Assembly (NCBI GenBank): GCA_963725555.1
Contig: CAVRYV010000012.1
Span: 197,962 to 261,961 of the forward strand
Reading direction: 5' to 3'
Origin: an uncultured Pseudomonadota bacterium
Lineage (GTDB): Bacteria > Pseudomonadota > Alphaproteobacteria > Rhizobiales > Xanthobacteraceae
Length of the DNA: 64,000 nucleotides
Of this stretch, positions 38,462-48,176 are shown in pieces. Within the stretch, counting starts at the first letter, position 1. Every line of letters starts with the position of its first letter. The translations under genes and the position numbers were made by a program. Below the pieces are notes generated by a model that made no database searches, was not told the DNA's origin, and saw only the letters and a program-made list of their open reading frames with translations.

Positions 38462-39270
38462 GCGACCGCAAATCGAGTCCGTTTCCGATCCTCCTGAACA
38501 ATGACGTCTGCTCGCTGATCCAGGCGGCCGAGGACGTCTACCAGATCCGCTTCAAGAACCGCGCCGCCAATGCCTATCTGGTGCGCGGAAAATCCCGAAC
38601 CATCATGATCGACGTCGGGCTGTCTTCCAACTTTCCGCATTTGTTGGAATGCCTCGAACACCTCGGCTGCCCGCCCGACAAGATCGACATGGTAATCCTC
38701 AGTCACGAGCATCTCGACCACATTGGCGCGGCCTATCATTTCGGCGGCCGCACCATCACCGCCGCTCATCGCCTCGCCGCCAACAAGATCATGCTGCGCG
38801 ACGACTTCTCGATGCTGCGCAAGATGTTCAACGAGCCGGACGTGCCGATCAATGTCGATATCTGGCTGGAAGAAGGCAATCTGATCGACCTCGGCAATTT
38901 TCGCCTCAACGTGATGCACACACCGGGCCACACCTCGGCGTGCATCAGCCTGTTCGATCAAGACAAGGGATTGCTGTTCGCCGCCGACACCTTGATGCCC
39001 GGCGGGGTAATGGGCGGCGTGTTCGGATCGGGCAGCATCAGCGATTACATTCAGTCGCTGGAGCGCCTGAAGGGCCTCGATTCCAAGATATTGCTGTCCG
39101 GACATGGTCGCTTGTCCGACACGCCACAGGAAGATGTCCGGATCGCGATTGCGCGATCGCACGGGCTGTTGTCGGATACGGCCCAGCTGTTCGACGCGCT
39201 TGATGCCCGATCGAACTTCGAGCCGATCATGCAATCGGTGCGCGACCTCAACAAGCTCGACGATGCCTGA
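38458..39270 (+). CDS. MBL-fold metallo-hydrolase
   Basis: SHEHLDHIG, HTPGHT, AADTL, SGHG. Confidence 0.9.
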   Translation: MSDRKSSPFPILLNNDVCSLIQAAEDVYQIRFKNRAANAYLVRGKSRTIMIDVGLSSNFPHLLECLEHLGCPPDKIDMVILSHEHLDHIGAAYHFGGRTITAAHRLAANKIMLRDDFSMLRKMFNEPDVPINVDIWLEEGNLIDLGNFRLNVMHTPGHTSACISLFDQDKGLLFAADTLMPGGVMGGVFGSGSISDYIQSLERLKGLDSKILLSGHGRLSDTPQEDVRIAIARSHGLLSDTAQLFDALDARSNFEPIMQSVRDLNKLDDA

Positions 39271-39359
39271 GCTTCTCTCGCCGGTTTGACAGATCGACCC
39301 GGGGCCTATTCAAAGGTTCCAAGAACGAGATCGAAATAAAAAAGGGAAGAGAACCAGCG

Positions 39360-39971
39360 ATGAAACTCTACAACTCGGTCGGGCCCAATCCGCGCATCGT
39401 CCGCATGTTCATGTCGGAAAAAGACATCTCGATTCCCACGCAGACCGTCGACCTGCGCGGCGGCGAAAATCGGCAGGCCGAGCATTTGAAGCGTAATCCG
39501 CATGGTCAGATGCCGACGCTCGAATTGGATGACGGCAGCTATTTGTCGGAGATCACCGCGATCTGCGAATACCTCGAAGAGAAAACTCCGAATCCGCCGA
39601 TGATCGGATCGACGCCGGAGCAGCGGGCGGAGTGCCGGATGTGGACCCGCCGCGTCGACCTCAACATCTGCGAGCCGCTGGCGAACGGGTATCGCTTCGG
39701 CGAAGCCCTGAAATTCTTCCAGAAGCGGATCGCCTGCGCGCCGGAAGCTTCTCCGGGCCTCAAAATGATCGCGGCGAATCGTCTGCAATGGCTCGACGGG
39801 CAGATGGCGGGCAAGGAATATTTGTGCGGAAAGCGCTTCACGCTCGCCGATATGCTGCTGTATTGCTGGATCGATTTCGGCGGCCAGGTCGGGCAGCCGC
39901 TGGACCCGGCCAACACCACCATCGCCGCCTGGTTCGCCCGCGTCGGCGAGCGGCCATCGGTGCAGGCGTAA
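39360..39971 (+). CDS. Glutathione S-transferase family protein
   Basis: GPNPRIVR, NPHGQMPTL, SEITAICEYL. Confidence 0.9.
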   Translation: MKLYNSVGPNPRIVRMFMSEKDISIPTQTVDLRGGENRQAEHLKRNPHGQMPTLELDDGSYLSEITAICEYLEEKTPNPPMIGSTPEQRAECRMWTRRVDLNICEPLANGYRFGEALKFFQKRIACAPEASPGLKMIAANRLQWLDGQMAGKEYLCGKRFTLADMLLYCWIDFGGQVGQPLDPANTTIAAWFARVGERPSVQA

Positions 39972-39977
39972 ATTGAC

Positions 39978-40082
39978 CTCGTGTCCCGGACGCGGTGCAC
40001 CGCGGAGCCCACTCGGCGCGAACGAGTTAAGTTAGACCCCGAACCAGCACCGCACCGTGCTGCGCTGCATCCGGGGAACGAG
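39978..40082. repeat. Palindromic repeat, CTCGTGTCCCGGA family
   Basis: ctcgtgtcccggacgcggtgca ... tgcgctgcatccggggaacgag, between convergent genes. Confidence 0.65.
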
Positions 40083-40095
40083 AGCCGGCGCGTAA

Positions 40096-40593
40096 TTAAA
40101 TCACCACCGGCGCATCCGGCAGCTCATTCGGCCCGGCGACATCAGCGGGAAAATATCGGGCCAGTTGTCGCGAGACCGCCGCGATTCCACCGATCACGCC
40201 GCCTTCGAAATTCGAGCGTTTGAATTCGGCTTCCATGTCGGCGCAGATTTTTTCCCAGCCGGCGGAACCGACCTTGGCGTCGATACCGCGATCGGCGACG
40301 ATCTCGACATTGTGGTCGACGAACAACAGATAGATCAGCACGCCGTTATTGTGGGCGGTGTCCCAAATGCGCAGCTGCGAAAAAATATCCAGCGCGCGCT
40401 GACGCGCCGATTGATCGCGGAACAACGGCGCGCCGTCCAGCGCGCCTTCGACCACGAAGCGGACCTGTCCGGAATGGGTGGCCTCGCCGGCCTTGATCGC
40501 CCGTTCGATCGCGGCCAGCACGGCGGGCGTGAAAATGCGCCGCACCCGCCAGCGATGCTCGAGAAGATGCTTGCCGATGCGCTTGATGCCCAT
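40096..40593 (-). CDS. TPM domain-containing protein
   Basis: EATHSGQVRFVVE, NNGVLIYL, ADRGI, PNELPD. Confidence 0.85.
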   Translation of the reverse strand: MGIKRIGKHLLEHRWRVRRIFTPAVLAAIERAIKAGEATHSGQVRFVVEGALDGAPLFRDQSARQRALDIFSQLRIWDTAHNNGVLIYLLFVDHNVEIVADRGIDAKVGSAGWEKICADMEAEFKRSNFEGGVIGGIAAVSRQLARYFPADVAGPNELPDAPVVI

Positions 40594-40598
40594 AGATC

Positions 40599-41483
40599 CT
40601 ACCAGCTTCCCGAGGCGCCGCCGCCGCCAAAACTGCCGCCGCCACCGCTAAACCCGCCGCTGTCGCTCGAACTGCCCCCGGAGGATCCGCCCCAGGACGA
40701 ACCACCGCCGGACCAACCGCCGCTTCGACCGTTCGATGACGCGGTGCTCTCGGCAAACATCGTGAAGGCGAAGGCAACGAGCGCCGAGATCACGGAGAAT
40801 ACCAGGGATCCCATCAGGAACCAGGCCAACACGCCGACCGCGCCGCCGGCAGCAACCGAGCCGATCAGCCTGCCAAGCACCGTCCGCAGGATCGCGCCGC
40901 CGACAAAGATGCCGAAGATGATCAGGGGATTGAACATCAAATCGAAGCGGTCTGAACCGCCGAAACTCTGCTGCGGCTCCGGCGCAGGCAGCGGCTCGCC
41001 ATCGACAACGCCGATGATCCGATCGACGCCCGCGGAAATCCCGCCGGCAAAATCCCCGCTCTTGAATTTCGGCGTGATGATCTCGTCGATGATGCGCCGG
41101 GCAGTGACATCGGTGAGCGCCCCTTCAAGACCGTAGCCGACCTCGATGCGAAGCTTGCGGTCGTTCTTGGCGACGACGAGAAGCGCGCCGTCGTCGACCT
41201 TTTTGCGCCCGATCTTCCAGGCCTCCGCAACCCGGATCGAATATTGCTCGATGGTTTCGGGCTCGGTCGTCGGCACGATCAGCACCGCGATCTGGCTGCC
41301 CTTCCTGAGTTCGAGACCCCGGAGGGTTTGCGTCAGGGTGGCGATATCATCCGCGCTGAGCGTCCCGGTCTGATCGACCACCCGCCCGGTCAGCGGCGGC
41401 ACCGCGACGTCTGCCCAGGCCGAAAAAGCCCAGCACAAAAGCAGCGCGAGAAGCGAAGCCCTGGCAGCCTTCATCGGGGCCAA
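40599..41483 (-). CDS. TPM domain (YgcG-like) membrane protein
   Basis: GRVVDQTG, RIEVGYGLEG, Gly/Ser tail GGGGSFGGGGASGSW. Confidence 0.88.
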   Translation of the reverse strand: MAPMKAARASLLALLLCWAFSAWADVAVPPLTGRVVDQTGTLSADDIATLTQTLRGLELRKGSQIAVLIVPTTEPETIEQYSIRVAEAWKIGRKKVDDGALLVVAKNDRKLRIEVGYGLEGALTDVTARRIIDEIITPKFKSGDFAGGISAGVDRIIGVVDGEPLPAPEPQQSFGGSDRFDLMFNPLIIFGIFVGGAILRTVLGRLIGSVAAGGAVGVLAWFLMGSLVFSVISALVAFAFTMFAESTASSNGRSGGWSGGGSSWGGSSGGSSSDSGGFSGGGGSFGGGGASGSW

Positions 41484-41548
41484 ACCAGCGCCGCGGTTCC
41501 GAAGCTCGCAGACATTATCGGCACCTCTGATGCGATCCGGCCGTCGAG

Positions 41549-42160
41549 CTACTTTGCGGGGGCGGCCGGAGTCGGAGTGAAATCCACCTTCGGCGCGGTG
41601 GAGATTTCCTTTTCGTTCTCGACCGAGAAGTTCGCCTTCTGCTTGTACCCGAACGCCATCGCCGTCAGGTTGGTCGGGAACGAACGTATCGTCACATTGT
41701 AGTCCTGCACCGTTTTGATATAGCGGTTGCGTGCCACCGTGATGCGATTTTCAGTGCCCTCCAGTTGCGACATCAGATCGCGAAACAGCGCGTCGGATTT
41801 GAGCTGCGGATAGTTCTCGGTCACCACCAGCAGTTTGGACAGCGCGCTGGTGAGTTCGCCTTGCGCGGCCTGGAATTTCGCGAATGCCCCGGGATCGTTA
41901 ACGAGTTCCGGCGTCGCCTGGATGCTGCCGACCTTGGCGCGGGCGTTGGTCACACCCAGTAGCACATCCTTTTCCTGCTGCGCGAAGCCCTTCACCGAAT
42001 TGACGAGGTTGGGCACGAGATCGGCGCGGCGCTGATATTGGTTCAAGACCTCGGACCAGCTCGACTTGACCTGCTCGTCGTTGGTCTGGATCGTGTTGTA
42101 GCCGCAATTGGTCAGGCTCAGGGTCGCCAGCGCCGCCAGCACGGTCCATAGTCTGCGCAT
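41549..42160 (-). CDS. lemA: LemA family lipoprotein
   Basis: LTNCGYN lipobox; YQRRADLVPNL, ENYPQLKS, TENRITVAR. Confidence 0.92.
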   Translation of the reverse strand: MRRLWTVLAALATLSLTNCGYNTIQTNDEQVKSSWSEVLNQYQRRADLVPNLVNSVKGFAQQEKDVLLGVTNARAKVGSIQATPELVNDPGAFAKFQAAQGELTSALSKLLVVTENYPQLKSDALFRDLMSQLEGTENRITVARNRYIKTVQDYNVTIRSFPTNLTAMAFGYKQKANFSVENEKEISTAPKVDFTPTPAAPAK

Positions 42161-42325
42161 CGAAATCTCCCGTTACGACTTTCAGCAAGGTGTCGGCAAG
42201 GTATCAGAACGATCCCGCCCGGTAAGCAGGCGAAACGTCGCTTGGGCGGTTATTTTGCCACCGATTGGTCTTGCCTATCTTTCGCTGAAATAGTCAACAT
42301 GACCACCCCGATCATGCGAGGACCA

Positions 42326-43177
42326 ATGACCGCATTTGAAACCATCGTCGTGGAACGGCCGGACCCGCGCATCGCGCGGATCGTGATGAACCGGCCCGAG
42401 GCGCGAAACGCGCAGAACCTGCAGATGACCTACGACCTCAACGCAGCGTTCGACGACGCGGTGCAGGACGACGCCGTCAAGGTCATCATCCTTGCGGGCA
42501 ATGGTCCGCACTTCTCGGCCGGGCACGATCTGCGACCGGCCGGCAAAAATGCTGCCGGCGTCGATTTTCCCCCGATTGGAAACTGGGGCGGCTTCGCGGA
42601 GGCCAACGCCCATGGCCGCTTTGCGCGCGAGCAGGAGATTTATCTGCAGATCACCCGGCGCTGGCGCAATCTTGCCAAACCGACCATCGCTGAAATCCAT
42701 GGCAAATGCATCGCCGGCGGCTTGATGCTGGCCTGGGCCTGCGATTTGATCGTCGCCAGCAGCGACGCTGAATTCTGCGATCCCGTGGTCACCATGGGCG
42801 TCTGCGGCGTCGAATGGTTCGTGCATCCCTGGGAAGTCGGCCCGCGCAAAGCCAAGGAATTCCTGTTCACCGCGGACGTCTGGAGTGCCGACGAAGCGCA
42901 TCGGCTCGGCATGGTCAATCATGTCGTCCCGCGAGCCGAGCTCTCTTCCTTCGTGATGGCGCTGGCGCAAAAGATCGCGGCAAAACCATCCTTCGCGTTG
43001 AAGATGAGCAAGGAGGCCGTCAACCGGTCGGTCGATATCATGGGCCAGCCGGCGGCGATCGATCAGGCGTTCGGACTGCATCAACTATGTCACGCGCATA
43101 ACCTGCAGGAATTCGGCATGATCGTCGATCCTGCCGGTCTTCATCCCTCCGTCAAAAAAACAGCCGTAGTGAAATAA
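42326..43177 (+). CDS. Enoyl-CoA hydratase/isomerase family protein
   Basis: GAGGA RBS; FSAGHDL, CIAGGLMLAWACD. Confidence 0.88.
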   Translation: MTAFETIVVERPDPRIARIVMNRPEARNAQNLQMTYDLNAAFDDAVQDDAVKVIILAGNGPHFSAGHDLRPAGKNAAGVDFPPIGNWGGFAEANAHGRFAREQEIYLQITRRWRNLAKPTIAEIHGKCIAGGLMLAWACDLIVASSDAEFCDPVVTMGVCGVEWFVHPWEVGPRKAKEFLFTADVWSADEAHRLGMVNHVVPRAELSSFVMALAQKIAAKPSFALKMSKEAVNRSVDIMGQPAAIDQAFGLHQLCHAHNLQEFGMIVDPAGLHPSVKKTAVVK

Positions 43178-43180
43178 TCG

Positions 43181-44329
43181 ATGGACCTCAACCTGAACGA
43201 CGAGCAGCGCTTGCTGCGCGAAAGCGTCGACCGCTTCATTGCCGAGACCTATGACGCCGATCATCGCCGCCGCACGGCGGCCGATCCGCTCGGCTTCAGT
43301 CCCGAGATCTGGAAAAAATTCGCCGATCTAGGCTGGCTGGCGCTGCCGATCGATGAAGCCTATGGCGGGTTAGGCGCAGGCGCGATCGAGACCGGCATCC
43401 TGATGGAAGCATTCGGGCGCGGGCTGGTCAGCGAGCCATATCTGTCGACCGTCGTGATCGGCGCCGGACTGATATCGGAATGCGCAAACAACGCGCAGAA
43501 GGCGGCGATCCTTCCCAAAATCGCCGACGGCTCGTTGCATCTGGCGTTTGCGCATTCGGAACGCGCCGCGCGTTTCGATCTTTCCAAGGTCGACACCACG
43601 GCAACGCGAACGCCCGGCGGCTGGCGCATCGATGGCCACAAAACCGCGGTGCTTGACGGCAACGCCGCCAACCAGACCATTGTTTCGGCCCGCATCGCCG
43701 CCGGCGACGGCTCGCCGGGTCAACTGCGTCTGTTTCTGGTCCCGGCAGGCATCGCCGGTCTCAGTCTGCGCGATTACGCCCGGCTCGGCGGCGGCCGCGC
43801 CTGTAACCTCGATCTTGCCGGCGTTCAGCTTGCCGCCGACGCTGTGCTCGGCGACGGTGGCGACGCGTTACCGAACATCGAAAGCGTGGTCGACCGGGCG
43901 CTGGCAGCGCTCGGGGCCGAAGCCGTCGGCATCATGCAGATCATGTTTGATATGACCCTCGAATATACCAAGATCCGCAAGCAATTCGGCCGGCCGCTGG
44001 CCGCCAACCAGGTCATTCGCCATCGGCTCGCGGACATGGCGTCGCAATGCGACGAGGCGCGCTCGATGGCGCTGCGCGCGGCATTGATGGCCGACGCCGA
44101 ACCGGTCGAGCGCGGGCGCGCCGCCTCCGGCGCCAAGGCCAAGATCGGCAAATGCGCGCGTTTCGTCGCCGAGCAATCGGTCCAGCTTCATGGCGCCATG
44201 GGCGTCACCGAGGAACTCGACGTCGGCTCCTACTTCAAACGGCTGCTGGCCTTCGATACTTTATTCGGCGGCAGCGCCCATCATTATCGCCGTCACGCCA
44301 CGCTGGGCGGCCGGCCAGTTCAAACCTGA
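43181..44329 (+). CDS. Acyl-CoA dehydrogenase family protein (beta-type partner)
   Basis: RKQFGRPL, QLHGAMG; lacks a typical catalytic Glu context. Confidence 0.85.
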   Translation: MDLNLNDEQRLLRESVDRFIAETYDADHRRRTAADPLGFSPEIWKKFADLGWLALPIDEAYGGLGAGAIETGILMEAFGRGLVSEPYLSTVVIGAGLISECANNAQKAAILPKIADGSLHLAFAHSERAARFDLSKVDTTATRTPGGWRIDGHKTAVLDGNAANQTIVSARIAAGDGSPGQLRLFLVPAGIAGLSLRDYARLGGGRACNLDLAGVQLAADAVLGDGGDALPNIESVVDRALAALGAEAVGIMQIMFDMTLEYTKIRKQFGRPLAANQVIRHRLADMASQCDEARSMALRAALMADAEPVERGRAASGAKAKIGKCARFVAEQSVQLHGAMGVTEELDVGSYFKRLLAFDTLFGGSAHHYRRHATLGGRPVQT

Positions 44330-44341
44330 GCGGAGCGCAAC

Positions 44342-45538
44342 ATGGACCTTACCTTCAATGCCGAAGAGCGCGCTTTCGAGAAAGAAGTCCGCGACTTCAT
44401 CGCCACAAACCTGTCGGCGAAGATGAAGCACGCGCAGTCGTTGACGCCTTCGGTGTTTTCCGACCCGGACATCGGCATCGCCTGGCAGAAATCGCTGCAT
44501 AAAAAAGGCTGGGGCGCGCCGGGGTGGCCGGTGGAATATGGCGGACCCGACTGGACATCGGCGCAGCGCTGGATTTTCGAGGCCGAATGCGCCCGCGGCG
44601 GCGTGCCGAACGTCAACGTCATGGGCGTCAAGATGGTCGGCCCCGTCATCATCGGCTTTGGTTCGCCGGAGCAGAAGAATTTCTATCTGCCACGGATTCT
44701 TTCCGGCGACGATTATTGGTGCCAGGGCTATTCCGAGCCGGGTTCGGGCTCCGACCTCGCCTCGCTGAAGACCCGCGCGGTCCGCGACGGCGACGACTAC
44801 ATCATCAACGGCACCAAGATCTGGACCACGCATGCCCACCACGCCAACCGGATGTTCGCGCTGGTGCGCACCAACGACACCGAGCGCCAACAGGACGGCA
44901 TCAGCTTCATCCTGATCGACATGAAGAGCCCCGGCATCACGACAAGGCCGATCCTGACCATCGGCGGCGACCACGAAGTCAATCAGGTGTTCTTCGACGA
45001 TGTGCGGGTGCCCGTCGCCAACCGCGTCGGCGAGGAAGGCAAGGGCTGGACCTACGGCAAATACCTGCTTGAGTTTGAGCGCGGCTCCGGCATCGCGTCA
45101 GCCAAATTGCGCGACGCGCTCAAGACAGTTTCAGATCTCGCCGAATCCGACGCCACCGGCCGCGCCATCGACGATCCCGATATCTCGTTGCGGATGTCCG
45201 AGATCGAGGTCGACATCGATACTCTGGAGATGACCGAACTGCGGGTATTGTCGGCGCTGCAGACCGGACAGAATCCCGGCGCGGTGTCATCGCTTTTGAA
45301 GTTACGCGTCAGCGAGATCCGTCAGGCCGTGACCCGGCTCGGCGTCGAGGTGATCGGCAATGACGGCCTGTATGTCGAGCCGATACGACCGCTCTACAAG
45401 CTGAACGAGGCGCCGGGGATACCGGAACAGATGTTGCCGGTGGTGCCGGAATTTCTCAACAGCCGCGCCTATACGATCTTCGGCGGCTCGTCGGAGATCC
45501 AGCGCGACATCGTCGCCAAGATGGTGCTCGGGCTCTGA
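44342..45538 (+). CDS. Acyl-CoA dehydrogenase family protein
   Basis: WCQGYSEPGSGSDLASL, GTKIWTT, TIFGGSSEIQR. Confidence 0.9.
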   Translation: MDLTFNAEERAFEKEVRDFIATNLSAKMKHAQSLTPSVFSDPDIGIAWQKSLHKKGWGAPGWPVEYGGPDWTSAQRWIFEAECARGGVPNVNVMGVKMVGPVIIGFGSPEQKNFYLPRILSGDDYWCQGYSEPGSGSDLASLKTRAVRDGDDYIINGTKIWTTHAHHANRMFALVRTNDTERQQDGISFILIDMKSPGITTRPILTIGGDHEVNQVFFDDVRVPVANRVGEEGKGWTYGKYLLEFERGSGIASAKLRDALKTVSDLAESDATGRAIDDPDISLRMSEIEVDIDTLEMTELRVLSALQTGQNPGAVSSLLKLRVSEIRQAVTRLGVEVIGNDGLYVEPIRPLYKLNEAPGIPEQMLPVVPEFLNSRAYTIFGGSSEIQRDIVAKMVLGL

Positions 45539-45539
45539 A

Positions 45540-45600
45540 GTCATTCCGGGGCGTGCGAAGCGAGCGAGCCAGATTACCGTAGCCTGGATGAGCCAACGCG
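45540..45600. repeat. Partial composite palindromic repeats (GTCATTCCGGG and GTAGCC types)
   Basis: gtcattccggggcg... and gtagcctggatgagc; GTCATTCCGGG also at 48011. Confidence 0.5.
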
Positions 45601-45602
45601 TT

Positions 45603-47930
45603 TTACACCCGCGCCGCTTTCGCTTCCCGAATCGCCTGCCAGACCTTCAATGGCGACAGCGGCGTGTTGAGTGACTTGATGCCGAGCTCGCTGAGCGCAT
45701 CCATCACGCCATTGGCGATGCAGGGCGGACCGCCGATCGCGCCGGATTCGCCGCAGCCCTTGGCGCCCAGCGGATTGGTGCGACAGGGCGCGGAATCGTC
45801 CAGCGTGACTTCGATCGGCGGAATATCGTCGGCGCGCGGAACGCAGTAATCCTGATAGCTCGCGGTCAGCAATTGGCCTTCGGCGTCATAGGACACGCCT
45901 TCATACAACGCCTGGCCGATGCCTTGCGCGACGCCGCCGTGGACCTGCCCCGTCACCAGCATCGGATTGACGGCAACGCCAACGTCATCGACTGTAGTGT
46001 AGCGCACCACCTTGCACACACCGGTCTCCGGATCGATTTCGACCTCACAGATATGGGTGCCGTTGGGCCAGCTCGGCCCGTCGACTTCACCCTGGCTGTC
46101 CACGCTCAGCCGCGCGCCGCTCTCTTTCCTTGCGATATCGAACAGGCCGATCCGCTTGTCGGTACCGACTACCGTGAGCCAGCCGTCGCGATATTCGATA
46201 TCCTCGATCGCGGCCTCGAGCACGTTCGACGCCTTCTCACGCGCTTTCGTGATCAGGTCGTTGGTGGAAACCGCGACCGCGGTGCCCCCGACAAACAGCG
46301 AGCGCGAACCAACGCTGCCGAATCCGGTGGCGAGATCAGTGTCGCCCTGGACCACATCGATCTTGTCGATGCCAAGCCCGAGCGACGCTGCCACCATCTG
46401 CGAATAGGTGGTTTGCAACCCCTGCCCCATCGCCTGGGTGCCCGAATGCAGGATGACGCGCCCCTCCGCGGTCGCATGCAGACTAACTTTTTCGGTATGC
46501 GCCCGGCCGCCGGTCCATTCGATGTAGCTGGTCAGGCCGCGACCGTAGAGCAGGCCTTTTTTCCCGGCCGCCTTTTTCCGCGCGGCAAAGCCATCCCAAT
46601 CGGCCAGTTTGGAGGCGCGCTCCAGCATGTGCTCAAACGCGCCGCTGTCGTAAACCTGACCTACCGCGTTGGTGTAAGGCAATTGCGCGGGCTTGATGTA
46701 ATTTACTTTTCGGATCGCGCGCGGATCCATCCCGATCTGGCGCGCCGCGGCGTCCATCAACCGCTCGACAATGAAGACGCCTTCCGGCCGGCCCGCGCCA
46801 CGATAGGCGCCGACCGGCGCGGTGTTGGTCATCACAGCCTTGATCTCGTAATGAACCAGCGGAAGGTCATAGACGCCGGACTGGACGAAGGGACCGAGCA
46901 CGAGGGGAATGATGGCGCCGGTGCCGGTGAGATAGGCGCCGGTGCCGCCGAGCGAGCGCACCCGATAGGCCAGCACCCGGCCTTTCGCGTCGAGCGCGAA
47001 TTCGCCGGTCGATGTCAGGTCGCGGCCATGGGTGCCGCCGAGGAATTCGTCGGTGCGGTCGCCACGCCAGCGCACCTTGCGCCCGAGCTTCACGGCGGCA
47101 TAGGCCACGATGCCGTCTTCCGGATAGAGGCTGGTCTTCTGGCCGAAGCCGCCGCCGATATCGCCGACCAGCACCCGAACGCTTTCCTTTGGCCGCTTCA
47201 GCACGGCTTCGGCGAGCAAATCGCGGGTCGAGCCCGGCGTCTGCGACTGCACATACAGCATCAGGCGACCGGATTTCTGGTCGACCTCGGCGATGGTGCT
47301 GCGCGGCTCCATTGCCGAGGGGATCAGCCGCTGGCTGACGAGATCGAGCGAGACCACATGGGCAGCCCCAGCGAAAGCCGCTTCGACCGCAGCGGCGTCG
47401 CCATAGCTCATGACGGCCGCAATGTTGTCGGGTGCCCCCGCCCACACCACGGGGGCGCCGGGTTTGATCGCCAGCGCCGGATCGACCACCGACGGCAGCA
47501 CGTCATAGTCAATCGAGATCGCCTCGGCCGCGGCCTGCGCCGCGTCCCGCGAGGTCGCCACAACAGCGGCTACCGGTTCGCCAGCGAAACGCACGAGTTC
47601 ATGCGCCAATAGCCGGCGCGGCGGCGCCGTCATCGGCGAGCCGTCGGGGCGCGGAAACACCAACAATGTCGGCAGCGTGCCGATGTCGTCAGCGATCAGA
47701 TCCGCACCGGTATAGACGGCCTCGACGCCCGGCATGCCGGCCGCGGCGCTGGTGTCGATCGACGCAATCTTCGCATGAGCGTGCGGTGAGCGCAGCACAT
47801 GCAACCACAAAGCGCCATCTTCGGGTTTGTCGTCGATGAATTGCCCCTTGCCGGTGAGCAATCGCTGGTCTTCAAGACGCTTGACCGGCTGACCGGCACC
47901 GAAACGCATGTTGCCGGGAAGAATATTCAT
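45603..47930 (-). CDS. Xanthine dehydrogenase family molybdopterin-binding subunit (CoxL/CutL-like)
   Basis: RLEDQRLLTGKGQF, GGGFGQK, AYRGAGRPE, GAKGCGE. Confidence 0.9.
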   Translation of the reverse strand: MNILPGNMRFGAGQPVKRLEDQRLLTGKGQFIDDKPEDGALWLHVLRSPHAHAKIASIDTSAAAGMPGVEAVYTGADLIADDIGTLPTLLVFPRPDGSPMTAPPRRLLAHELVRFAGEPVAAVVATSRDAAQAAAEAISIDYDVLPSVVDPALAIKPGAPVVWAGAPDNIAAVMSYGDAAAVEAAFAGAAHVVSLDLVSQRLIPSAMEPRSTIAEVDQKSGRLMLYVQSQTPGSTRDLLAEAVLKRPKESVRVLVGDIGGGFGQKTSLYPEDGIVAYAAVKLGRKVRWRGDRTDEFLGGTHGRDLTSTGEFALDAKGRVLAYRVRSLGGTGAYLTGTGAIIPLVLGPFVQSGVYDLPLVHYEIKAVMTNTAPVGAYRGAGRPEGVFIVERLMDAAARQIGMDPRAIRKVNYIKPAQLPYTNAVGQVYDSGAFEHMLERASKLADWDGFAARKKAAGKKGLLYGRGLTSYIEWTGGRAHTEKVSLHATAEGRVILHSGTQAMGQGLQTTYSQMVAASLGLGIDKIDVVQGDTDLATGFGSVGSRSLFVGGTAVAVSTNDLITKAREKASNVLEAAIEDIEYRDGWLTVVGTDKRIGLFDIARKESGARLSVDSQGEVDGPSWPNGTHICEVEIDPETGVCKVVRYTTVDDVGVAVNPMLVTGQVHGGVAQGIGQALYEGVSYDAEGQLLTASYQDYCVPRADDIPPIEVTLDDSAPCRTNPLGAKGCGESGAIGGPPCIANGVMDALSELGIKSLNTPLSPLKVWQAIREAKAARV

Positions 47931-48176
47931 CGATTTGTCCTTCAAGTCGCTGATTGGATGGGACTGGTTCTAGCGGATGAGCAAGGAGCAGGCCAACCCT
48001 TATCAATCCTGTCATTCCGGGGTGCAAGGATGATGCGAACCAGGGATTCCGGGTTCATGGAGGCCGCGACAGCGTGCGCGCGCCCGCGACCATGCGGCCA
48101 TAGCTCAGCCGGCCGGCGTACTCGTCACTCTATTCGGTAACGCGAAACACCCGAGCTGATGATATCGGCGTTCGCT

